Source: Somniosus microcephalus
Lineage: Eukaryota
DNA: 64,000 bases
Assembly: GCA_052327205.1 (NCBI GenBank)
Contig: CM126202.1
Location: forward strand, 173,910,001 to 173,974,000
Reading direction: 5' to 3'
Shown here: positions 51,141-62,804 of the stretch, in pieces
Layout of the letters: every line of letters starts with the position of its first letter
How positions within the stretch are numbered: the stretch's first letter is position 1
Notes under the pieces: generated by a model
The model's input: only the letters and a program-made list of their open reading frames with translations
The model's database searches: none
What the model was told of the DNA's origin: nothing
Position numbers and translations under genes: made by a program

Positions 51141-52440
51141 CTTGAAGTTGGATTTAGGCCAAAAAGTCAAAGGGATTAAGTTTACTAGCACTTACTTCAT
51201 AACTAGCACAAAATTCACTCCAAAGATACATGAAGTGTGTAATAAAACTTACCATACATATTGCATTGCTTATTAAGGTGAGAGTTCACAAGTGAGATAC
51301 TGATCCCAGCAGATTGCTCAGGTGTGCGGTGATTCCCTTGAAGGAGGATAGATTGGAGAGGAAGTCGGCCTGTGTCAGTAATGGGCAGAACAAGAAAGGC
51401 CACTTTAAGGGTGCAAGTGTGTTGTGACGGAGGTAAGTGAACCATGATCTTCTCTGAACAGGGTGTGTATTTGAAGAATTGAAACATAAATCTACACGTG
51501 GCCTCTGCTTCAGAACTACTGCTTTTGAAAAGCTTGTAGCAAGTACCGTCAGTAGTGGTCCCAAAATAGACTGCAGTAAACTCCATGATTTCTCCACTCC
51601 CCACTAACCTCAGTGGGGCAACTGTGACTCCATTTAAAGTGTGTACACCTGATATCATGACAAATGCCATCCTTTGAATTTGGGCTGTTTGACTGATTCC
51701 ATAGTTGCCCCAGCGTGAGATGCGGCATTAGTCCTTTATGTTTGTAGCCAGATATATTTAATTCATTCTGTTTTCAGATTTCTCCATTTTGAAAGCCTCC
51801 TGCTATTTACAGCAGAACTCAGTGGCGTCCCGACAGATTTCAGCAGGGTATTTAGGCCGCAAACATTTAACAGCATGAGATTCAACATCAATATTCAAAA
51901 CACAGAATGAAATGCAACCAGCACCTGCCTTGAACCTGGGTCATTTCTCAGGAAGAAATATTGTTCAGTGATTTGGAGAATGGCTATACGGTGGCTTTGA
52001 AGAAATGTAATCTCCATAACCTGAAGCTCAGATGGTAAAGATATAAAAGATGTTACCGGATCTTATCATACACACTCCATTGTCTGCAGCAACGTGACTC
52101 ATGCTCTTTGTGAAATGGATTTGCACACACTTATAACAAATTCATTTATACACTTCTGTTCAGACAATTAGCTGCACAGACTCTCTGAAGCCCTGTTTAC
52201 AAATAGCTACAGGTTTGTGCAGATGATTCAGTCAGTTTGTAGTGGAAACGTGGAAGGATTATAGTTCAGAACATCCACCACTAACACCACTGCTTGACAT
52301 TTGGGTAGAAAGTCCGTTGTATTTTGGAGTGGGTATTCACATGATAGCTGGCTGGTGTGAACACGCAATGTGAAACTTCTGACAACATAGATTAACACCA
52401 CTTGGTGCGTGAACCTGACCAAATCATAAAAGTCCTGAGA

Positions 52441-53670
52441 TGGAGACTGTGTGGTGCAGTAGGCTAGACATTGACCTTTTACCTTTGGAACCTGAATTTG
52501 AATCTAACCTAGTCTCCTGAGGGTAGATTTCAGCTCTCGGGCGGCTGACCGACAGAGCGCGCAGGCCAGTTGCCCACTCTTGCTGGCGGGAAGCCCGGTC
52601 CATTTTGGGGGACATGTCCCATTACCATACTACTGCTGGGCTACACGCTCTGAACGGGTGTCCCATTGCAGCTCGTTGGCTCCGGGCCTGGACGCTGAGC
52701 CGGTCGCTGGGGGTTAGGAAAGAGGTGTCCGGGGTGGCAGCAGCCCACACTATTTTTGGGGCTGCTTACTTTTCACCACCCAGTACATCTGGGAGGAGTG
52801 TGCGCCAGTTGACCTTTTAAGGTGCATCGGGTATCTACGTACGTCAGAGAACCCCGATTTGCATACAGTAACGATGTTGCTGTCTGATTCTGGCCTAGGC
52901 AGCCCAGCGGAAAGAAAGAAAGAACTTGCATTTATATAGCACCTTTCATGACCTCAGAATGTCCCAAAGCGCTTTACAGCCAATGATGTACTTTTGGAAG
53001 GTAGGAAAAAAGACAGCCAATTTGCGCACAGCAAGGTCCCACAAACAGCAATGTGATAATGACCAGATTATCTGTTTTAGTGATGTTGGTTGAGAGATAA
53101 ATATTGGCCAACACTAGGGAGAGCTCCCCTGCTCTTCTTCGAATAGTGCCATGGGTTCTTTTTCGTCCACCTGAGAGGGGAGACGGAAGGCCCCAGTAAA
53201 TATAAAGTGGGGGATTAATACTGGGGTGGTAGGTAGTGGATATTAATATTAACTTTGCTACTGCCCCATTTCCGGCGAGCAGGTCAAGTTATAATCAGCC
53301 CTATGGGTTGAAAGTTTCTCCTCACTGCTAGCTGTGAGGGCCCAAAGTGACTCTGAAATTGCCTTATCCCAGCTGTTAGTGGATATCCAGGCAATAACAA
53401 AAAACTGCCCCTAATTCGGCTCTGAATAGCAATCTCACTTACAAAGGCCACAAAATGGCTGTTGTGGGAAATCGAAAAGGTCATAGTTGAGTAATAAGGT
53501 CTGCACTATTGGGAACATTGTTATGGCATAGCAGAAATGGTTTTACTCTAGCCGTCCTATACCTGGTCTCAGAGCACTCTGGGAATACCGGATGTCTGAA
53601 ATGGGATAGTATTCTGTGTCTTTGTGCCAATATCCCTTATCATGACGCGCACAAAATTCATTGCAAGAAC
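52441..53670 (+). mobile_element. Nested cluster: LF-SINE-like element (52441-52520 and 53302-53670) split by a GC-rich MITE-like insert (52521-53301)
   Basis: tRNA-like head ggagactgtgtggtgcagtagg..ccttttacctttggaacctgaatttgaatc; the body resumes at atgggttgaaag and is collinear with 44880-45260. Confidence 0.55.
52911..53195 (-). mobile_element. DeuSINE (SacSINE1-like) 3' half
   Basis: (AAAG)n aacttgcatttatatagcacctttcatgacc..., homologous to 19125-19420. Confidence 0.85.
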
Positions 53671-56009
53671 ATGCTGAAGTTGCATATTATAGCATTTGGG
53701 TCTAAACAAACACATCCTTGTAGGGTAACTATGGCCGTGACAACTCTTGTTCTTAAATTATTTAAAAAAATAAATAAAAGTGAAGCTAGGAGTCGTACCA
53801 AGATTCAGTCATTATCTACATGCAGATGGATGCTTTTTCCATGTCTTAATTAGAAAGCACAAAAGATTGAGATAATTACCCACAAGACATTGCAGTTTAC
53901 ACATACTAATTGACTGTGTGTGCATGCCAGGTCATTCTTGCGTTCCGCCAGGCAGTGTATGTAAAGGCATTGATGCGAGCCACCTGCTTTTCTAAATGTA
54001 TTAAAACATGGTGTCGCTTATGAAATTATTGTTGTTTGACATTTAAAATGGTGCATTAATCACAGTTAATTATGTGACATACTACAACACATGCCAGAGG
54101 CCAGTTGCAGAACTAGCTACTGTGAGTGATTTAAAGGCAAAATGAAGTGCCTTGCAGTGGATATTGTGACTGCTGAGTGCTGCTTATGCAGAACAGTCCT
54201 CTAAAGTGGGAACATGTTAGGAATTAATACGAGGGAGCCTCTGTCCTGTGAGCTGAAGGACATCCTGAATGATTAGATAGTCTGAAAAAGACTTTTACCA
54301 ATATTACAGCCGTTACTGAAATATATTTGTTTATTTTGTAGAGCGAGGAGTTAGATATTTTTAGAACCATAGCATGGGGGCCGGGTTTCCAATTGTTTAG
54401 TTTTTAGTAATTTTAACAGAAGCTGTATGGCTAGATCATAGATTTCAATTTAGGGATTGAACAAAATCTCGCTCGAGAGAGGTAAAATAAGACCCCTTGC
54501 ACCCACCCACTGCTAAAATAAGCCTCTACGTGCAGCTAAGAGCCTAACCTATATTTGTAGATCTCTTTAGAGACTATGTAAGACTCGTGTGTCTTTTTTG
54601 AGTCTCCACTGACTACTTGCTAAACCATATTAGGCACTTTTAAGTGATTTTTTTTGAGAGGAGGGAAGAATGGCAGTTTTACACTGATTAGTTTTGCATA
54701 TAAAGCGCAGGCAGATGGTAGAAGAGGCTAAATATTACTGCAGCATGTCTGCGTGTATGTAACGTATACTTACATCTGAATACACTATAGGAAGTTGCCA
54801 CTTATTTAAATTTTGCAGCTGTTGCCTCCTTCCAGTCCCAGTCCTGCTGATTCTACAGGTACGGTTTGATTGTCAGGACAAAGGTTTCACTTTTTGTTAG
54901 TGGAAAGTATTAACAAGCCAGTAACTGCTGCCATTATCACTGCCTTTGCAAAAGTACGAAGACTTCTGATTTAAATTGCTTGTACATTGACTAAAAGCCA
55001 GTTCATTTCCATTATATTCAAAAAATAGACACATGAATGGCACAAATTAATCAAATTTGAGACCAGAATAGAAGGCTCTCAGCAGCTAAATGCTTGTGAA
55101 AGCAGTTCTTAAAACGAGGGTGAGGACCTGTCAAAAACACATAAAAAATGGTTCGTTTATTAAGCCTGTAGGATTGTGTGGCTTGACCAAGCCTGTGTGC
55201 TACCATTGAAGGGGGAACAAGGCAGTAGGCTGCGCTTGGAGACATTCCCCCTACCCCAATTAATGCTGCTGGGGTTGTGAACGAACTTCTTGCTGAGTTG
55301 GGGTCAGAGGTTGAAGTGCAGTGCCAGCTGACAAGTTTGCTTCGTAACGATGGCAGTGACCTATTCAGAGTCAGAGAGGGAAAAATAAATTTCCACCAGC
55401 AGATGCTGCAAGACCACTGACGGTGTTTGTGACAAGGAGATCTTGCACTGAAAGTTGGAGGACTTTGATTAAGAATGTTTGTTTTCTTTTACTTTTCTTT
55501 TACAGTTTCCTCACTCAATATTTGCACTTGATGTAAGCAAGAATTACAGAGCAATGACTACTTTGTGCTGATCATTGAAACATCTCCCATTTAGATGTAG
55601 TTGGGATCCTGCAGTACACAAATACAGACACAATTTAGTAGAAATGTACAAAAGAAAGAAGCAGAGAAGAATGTGAAAAACATAGCTAAACAAGAGGATA
55701 AATGCTAAAATCTTTAATATCTGAAGAAAGTGATCTGCGTGAAAATGGCTATTTCAGTTCTTGCACTGTTATACTGTTATTTTACTACAATCTTTTATTA
55801 TTCACTGTTGTAAATACTGTAGTAATATGTCAGGGTTACGGTTTCATGGGATTTAAAATGCACCTGATACATGCTCTGGAATTATATTATCTGTCACATC
55901 TTCACACAACGATGAGTTGACAACAATGATGGCAGGGAAACAATACATCACAAGCCTTCATGGAAAAGAATAAAATAATGCCTCTGTGATGTGTAATTTC
56001 ATAAAGATT

Positions 56010-56170
56010 TGCTTCCTTGCCCGTGCGGCAGCCATTTAGCACTCAACTAGATCCCACAAACAGCAATGCGTTCAGTGACCAGTTAATCTGTTTTGATAGT
56101 ATTGGATGAGGGAGGATATCTCCCCAGTCTTCTTCAAATAGCACCGGGCAATCTTTAAAGTCCACTTGTA
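56010..56170 (-). mobile_element. Degenerate DeuSINE fragment
   Basis: cagccatttagcac..cccacaaacagcaatg..accagttaatctgtttt..cttcttcaaatagc. Confidence 0.6.
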
Positions 56171-56617
56171 CAAGCCTCAATTACTAACAAAAAGCTAGTA
56201 AATGATTTTAATGGTGTCAAGACCAGTTATGTCCACAAAAAATTCGACCACCTCGATGCCCGAGATCACGTCCCCCACCCCATTAACGTATCTGAATCGG
56301 CTAAGCTCCGCGATGGAGTCACCAGATTTTCCATTCCCTCCGATCGGCGAGCTGCTCCAAATGTGTGAGAAGCTCGCCAACGGCCCAAGAAAGTTGGTCG
56401 GTGCCCAGACCGCCTCCATTGGGTGGGTAGTAGGCTCGCTCTGTCCATCTCACGCCTGATGGAAGCAGTCACATGAAAATCTACTCCAATGCTTTTTTGT
56501 GACTTTATTTTCCTTGTAGTTGAGGCCCTTTCTTTGCAAGCCCTCATTTTAGTACTCAGTTTCTGAGCTTCATATCTTGGTGGAATATCTACTATATTTT
56601 GTTTGACATCTTTGAGG

Positions 56618-56769
56618 GTGTTGTGTTCCTGTTGCACATTAGGATAGACATAGCTGAAGTACGACCTCCAATTTCTCTTTTGAAATATTGTGATTTGTTT
56701 TTCCCTGGTGCAGAAACCCTAGGTGAACCAGTGAACAAAGGATACTCAAGTGAATAGTGGAGTATATTT
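56618..56769 (+). repeat. About 150-bp local duplication, copy A (second copy at 57409-57429 and 57886-58023)
   Basis: gtgttgtgttcctgttgcaca|ttaggatagac..ttgtgatttgtt..ccctggtgcagaaaccctagg occurs twice. Confidence 0.9.
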
Positions 56770-57430
56770 GGTTTCTACCAAAAATTGTACCTCAGTTTAA
56801 CTTATTTCAGAAACTCATGATTGCAAAATCTTACTTGCCACCTCACGCATGAAATTACTTTTTTAGTGTGCACAAAGCTTTAGTTTTCTATCTAAACAAA
56901 ACTTTAGGCAATACAACCGTGAAGCTAAGAGTAGGTTGTAAAACATAATTTCTTCTATTATTCACTGACAGGGCAGTAGTCACCAGGGAACATTCTGTCC
57001 ATGCTGTGACTGCTTTGTGGCCCACCATGGCAAGTGGTTTTCTTGAGGCAGCTACCTGGAATGACTTGCATACTTTCGCTAAGCTTTATTATCTTGATCT
57101 GACAGCTGAACTTGACAAACTTTTAAGCACTGAAGTGTTTGAAGCTGACCAGAATATTTAGGTCTTCAGATATTTTTATATTGTTCCATGCGTGGTGGGA
57201 GAGCAGTTCTCAAGTGGAGAACGTTGATTGATGCTTGCCCCATTTTTCTTTTGCAGTGTGCCTGTTGGAGGGCCAATATGACGGAGGCCTGTGTTTTATT
57301 TTGTCTCTAATGACAGTCCTTGGAACCAACAAACATTTAGGCCCCAGGAGCCTGTGGATGCACATGTTTTGCCTCCTTTTATATTGTCAGGTGCCCCCAA
57401 TTTAGGGAGTGTTGTGTTCCTGTTGCACAG

Positions 57431-57885
57431 TGTGTCAGTCGTGGCTCAGTTGGTAGCACTCTCAGAAAGAAAGTTGTGGGTTCAAGTCCCAGAGAATTGA
57501 GCACAAATATCTAGGGTGGCACTTCAGTGCAGTGCTGAGGCAGAGCTGCACTGTCGAATTTGCCATCTTTCGGATGAAACGTTCAACCAAGGCCCCGTCT
57601 GCTTTCTCAAGTGAGCGTATAAGATCCCATGACACTATTTCGAAGAAGAGCAGGGGAGTTATCCCTGGTGTCCTGGCCAATATTTATCCCTCAATCAACA
57701 TCACTAAAAAACAGATTATCTGGTCATTAACACATTGCTGTTTGTAGGAGCTTGCTGTGCACAAATTGGCTGCCATGTTTCCTACATTACAACAGTGACT
57801 ACACTTCAAAAAGTACTTAATTGGCTGTAAAGCACTTTGGGACGTCCGGTGGTCGTGAATGGCACTTTGTAAATGGAAGTCTTTT
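57431..57885 (+). mobile_element. DeuSINE (SacSINE1-like), full length
   Basis: A box TGGCTCAGTTGG (57442-57453), B box GGTTCAAGTCC (57479-57489), Deu-like core gatgaaacgttcaaccaaggccccgtctg..aagatcccatgacactatt, L2-like tail. Confidence 0.88.
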
Positions 57886-59759
57886 TTAGGATAGACCTGC
57901 CTGAAGTATGACCTCTACTTTCTCTTTTTTTTGATAGATTGTGATTTGTTTTCCCTGGTGCAGAAACCCTAGGCGAACCAATGAATAAACAGAGAATAGT
58001 CAAATGGATAGTGGAGAATATTTTACACTGTTACTATCCTGTGATCTGAGAGCCCGGAACCATACAGAAACACTGAAGACATACAGAGAGGGAAGGGGAA
58101 TCTTAAATGATGAGGAAAAATAATTGAGCACAAAAACAGAGCTATAGATTTCATAATGAGAAAAGTGTGTGATAGTGATACAGCAAGAGAAAAAAGGGTG
58201 GAAGTCAAAGACCAGGGGAAGGACAGAAAAAGAATTAGAGAGTGGGAAAGAAGTCGAGAGACAGTTATAGGAAGAGAGATTTTTTCTTCTGTCTGTGAGC
58301 ACTGGCATAGGAAATCAACTATATTATCATACACTCTGTGCTACATGGCGACATGCTCCTGTCATTATATGATAGCGTAGCCTCTGACCAGGGGTTGAAA
58401 TGGGCCAGAATGGTCCATTGCACTGTTCCGCTTCTTGCCTCAACCAGTCCTCATTGTACTGCTTCGAATCCAGCGTTTTCCTTCATTGGCCACACAAGGT
58501 GATTTCCTGAGATTAACAAAAGGCTTTTGAATATGCTGCAGTCTTTTGGGTGTCTGCTTCAATTTTGGTTTCTCATTCTGACAGTTGTGGCCAGAAGCTT
58601 TTGTGAGATTGTTGGTGGTAGCCGAGGTGGAGCTGGAGGATCCAAGGGCCAGGAGAGCAGAACAGGAGCATATCGGACTTGGGTACCACCAAACCAGAAA
58701 TGAATAGTTGAGGTAACAATTTTGCTGGAGACTGCTGTTACCCTGATGTGCTCCTCACTCTTGTTCCAACTTCTAGCTGTTGCTTGGCTCCAGGAGTGAT
58801 TTTCTTGCTGTGCACTGTAAGCAGCGAGAACTATCGTAGGATATGGAGTCTGCAAAATGTTGGTTCAATCCTCCGATTTACTGTTTCAGTAACAGATTCC
58901 GTATTGAACTACTAACTTAACTGGCCATGCACCGAATCACCCATGAAATGAGAATTTTGAAATGTAACACACTAAGTATTAGATTGTCCATTGGGTATTA
59001 GTATGATTTTCCTAATTTCTCTAAAATGTTTCACTCTGTTGTGTGCCAGTTCCTCATTTGGAGGCACATTAGAATCAATCCCGTCGTAACTACTTGAAAT
59101 TTGTGCTTAATAGTGTTGTTGCTCATGTAGATGATATGCCATTTCTAAAGGACAGGAGCATTACACTATATAGGAGCATTACTCTCTTCTGCCTAAGAAG
59201 AGAAGAATAACGGCGAATGTACTATTCTACTAATAGATTTTTGCCGCTGTTAGGAATAAATTGAATGCTGCTTAAAAATAGATGAGTATGACCAATTACT
59301 TCTTAAAATCTGAAAGTTTGTGGGGCGCGGTCAAAGGTTATGAAGGGAGGACTAAATGGGTGGAGTCAAATGTTGCAGAGACTGGAGTAAATGTACACAG
59401 GAGTGGGGGTGCGGGTGGTGCTAAGTACTTTAATCACTGCCTCCAGATTACTGTGAGCAACATCGTGGGAGATGTGCTAGTATATTGTAAAATGTAAAAA
59501 TTGCTGAGGAATGTGTTCAAATATATTACACATTCTTAGGGTCTGTATCATTGTGGGAACTGCTGTTTTGCTCTTGTGTTTTATAAACCTGCATTCCTAA
59601 TCTGTGTCATTGCTTTATAACACTGTCCCTATTCAAAAGTAATACCAAAGCTGATCCTCCTGTCATTAGTGCCTATTTTTGTTGCTTTCTTTGTCGCCAA
59701 ACCCAGACACTCATTCCCTGCACACAAATAATGATAGTATGAAATTTCTCTTTTTTTAT

Positions 59760-60110
59760 TAAAACTTTTCTTCTGTCCTGCCCTTCCTGTTGAAAACAGT
59801 GACTGAACAGGGTTACAGTTTCCTCTATACCACACTGCCTCCTTGGCCATTCTGGATAGTGTGTGTTGAATGGCTAATTTACTATAGGGGCATCAGAATT
59901 GAGCCTAATTCTGCCATCATCAACTTCCACAGAGACGCACTTTCCGACTGGGATCCCAGGTTACGGAGCAGGAGTGGGATCCGGGGGTGCTGAGGCAGAT
60001 TGTACTGCACCTACTGCTTCTCTGACTGAGATCAGCTAGCTCCTCACAGACTGGGAATTCAACTCAGTGACACAATAGGCACTCCATTAGTCCAGTGAGC
60101 CATCTGGGTT
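59760..60110 (-). mobile_element. Old SINE family X
   Basis: gcactttcc..gggggtgctgaggc..ctgagatcagctagctc..cacagactgggaatt, the reverse of 15860-16255. Confidence 0.55.
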
Positions 60111-61631
60111 TCTCATGTGAGTTCTACCATATCTGCTAATGAGCCTGGTTGAAAATGCTTCTATTTTCAATGCCTAAGGGCAGATCTTGGGAAAGCATAA
60201 TAAATTTTAAATGCCATAGCTATAGTGATTTTTGGCTGTGTCACTGGCACCGATTTAATGACTGCTGGTGAAACACTAACTGCTTCAAGTTGCACATGTC
60301 AAATAAATGGCCGGTTCGGGTTACCCTCACCACCTCTCAGATTTATTATCTGATACTCGAGTATGGGCCAGGTGGAGCTCAAAGGGGTCAGTGGAATTCC
60401 TCGCTTTCTACTATTGAAGAAGTTGTTGAAATTAACTAAGATGCTGATAACCTACACAGTAAAATGGCCCTCATTTTGTTAGATTTCCTTTTTCATTGAT
60501 TCTTACTTTCCTTGTCAAATGAGATTATAGTACATGGCCAGAAGGAAGTCAAGGAATGTATATTGTTCAACAGCATAACATTTGTAACCGATTTTGGGGG
60601 AGAGAAGAACTTACTTAAGTTTTTTTGCATGACTTTGGGTAGATGTGGTTCAGTTTCAGTTGGTTTGCAGTGACCCAACCTATTAACAGGTTCATAATTC
60701 AAGCTTGCATCAGTATTGCTGACTTTCATTGAGGGTTATGGTCTCGAGCAGTATCTTATTTGAAGGCCAATCTCACAAAAGCTGTGGGATACTGCACCAT
60801 GGGATGATGTAGGCCTCAACCTGATCTCAACCATACTGCTGTGAAAATTAACAAGCGGAGGTTAAACAGTTCCCAGGAGGGAGAGGAAACAAAATTCAGA
60901 TCATCAGTCAGTCTGAGCTAATCATGGGCACCTCCTACTGGCTGACCATAGATTGGCATTGATGGAGGCTCAGTATTCATAGTGTGAATGGGCAGAATGA
61001 TGTTAATGGAGTCTTTCATCTTGGGGCACTGCAGTATCCCTGCTTTCTAGTGGTGCTCCTTTGCTCTAAGCTGCTTGAGAGAGGGAAAGAACTGCTAGCC
61101 CCATCTAGGTGACCTGGGAGAAGCAAGAACCAGAAGATTTAGCAAAGAGCTCAAGTGAAGGTGATGGAGGTCCCAAACTGCTTAATGAGTGTCACTGCTC
61201 AGTGCAGCCTCCAAGTTAGGCCAGTGTCTATATGAAGACTGAAATGGTATCAAATCACTTCCTGTGGCATTTTTTATTGTTGTTTATTATCTCCTAAATC
61301 ATAATTCCTTTACGTCATTTGTTGTCTTTTTTAGCTAGGAATTTCTTGTGTCATTGAGCATGTAGGGCTTTTCTCTACTCAGTGTGGCCGATTGACTTTT
61401 ACTCACCTGATGAACCTCATCTCTAGATCCCCTTCTATGTGGAATTGAGAAAAAGTCATTCAGTCCATACAGCCCCCATCTGTCCCTCTTGGGTGTACAT
61501 ATAAGACTCAATTCAGACCACTTTCACATTTGTCCTGCCTTGGAAATGAGGGATACAGAGCATGCATCCATCAGTACCCTGTTGATTGAGAATCTATTCA
61601 TGTTTTAGTGCTTTAATCAAGCTGTATTCAC

Positions 61632-62421
61632 CTCGGGAGCCTACTGTCAAGAAGGGCAGACGTCAATGACGAAGTCCAACACCGCCTTCAGTGTGCCAGT
61701 GCAGCCTTCGGTCGCCTGAGGAAGAGAGTGTTTGAAGACCAGGACCTCAAACCTGGCACTAAGCTCATGGTCTACAGAGCAGCAGTGATACCCGCCCTGC
61801 TGTATGCCTCAGAGACATGGACCATGTACAGCAGGCACCTCAAAGCACTGGAGAGGTACCACCAACGCTGCCTCCACAAGATCCTGCAAATCCATTGGCA
61901 GGATAGGTGCACCAACGTCAGTGTTCTTGCTCAGGCCAACATCCCCAACATCGAAGCTTTGACCATGCTCAGTCAGCTCCGATGGACGGGTCACATTGTC
62001 CGCATGCCCGACACAAGACTCCCAAAACAAGCGCTCTACTCGGAGCTCCGACATGGCAAGAGAGCCCCAGGTGGGCAGAAGAAACACTTCAAGGACACCC
62101 TCAAAGCCTCCTTGAAAAAGTGTAACATCCCCACTGACACCTGTGAATCCCTGGCCCAAGACCGCACAAAGTGGAGGAGAAGCTTCCGGGAAGGCGCCGA
62201 ACACCTCGAGTCTCTTTGCTGGGAGCAAGCGGAAGCCAAGCGCAGGCAGCACAAGGAGCGCACGTCAACCCAAGCACCCCACCCACCCGCTCCTTCAACC
62301 ACCGTCTGCCCCACCTGTGAAGAGACTGTAGGTCCCGCATTGGACTCATCAGTCACCTGCGAACTCATTTTTAATGTGGAAGCAAGTCATCCTCGGTTCC
62401 GAGGGACTGCCTAAGAAGAAG
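61632..62421 (+). mobile_element. 5'-truncated RTE-clade LINE (C-terminal RT region) with (AAG)n tail
   Basis: LGSLLS..ASAAFGRLRKRVF..TKLMVYRAAVIPALLYASETW..QLRWTGHIVRM..LPKQALYSEL; ends GCCTAAGAAGAAG; TSD ATTCAC (61626-61631, 62422-62427). Confidence 0.92.
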
Positions 62422-62804
62422 ATTCACTGTTACGTGTTCAGTCTGCTTTGTCACACCAATTTTAATTGTGAAGTACTTGCATTTAATTCTGGGTTTTCTT
62501 TGGTTTTAAAAATTTCCCCTCGTTTTCTTTTTGCTGGTTCAGCACAAAGAAGCAACTCTCATCCACCCCACTGATTTCCTTCATGAGTTTAAAGACATGG
62601 ATCATATCCCTTCTTAGTCTCCTTTTTCCACAAGAACAGATTTAGCTTCCTTAGCTCATTGAATTCCCGTATAGCGCCCTGTTGCTCTTGCTGTTCTGGG
62701 TCTTCTCTTTCTAGTTGTTATGTTTCACTGTTGGTCTGACTGCCCAAGATGACAGCAGTTTTTGTTAATTCTCCATCCAATTATCCCGATAAAAATGTAA
62801 TTAT

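Noticed and set aside
51215-51670. 151-aa minus-strand ORF
   Set aside because: No recognisable domain, splice signals or compositional support; consistent with a chance ORF.
57431-57500. tRNA gene
   Set aside because: A/B boxes belong to a SINE head; there is no intact cloverleaf and it continues into the Deu core.
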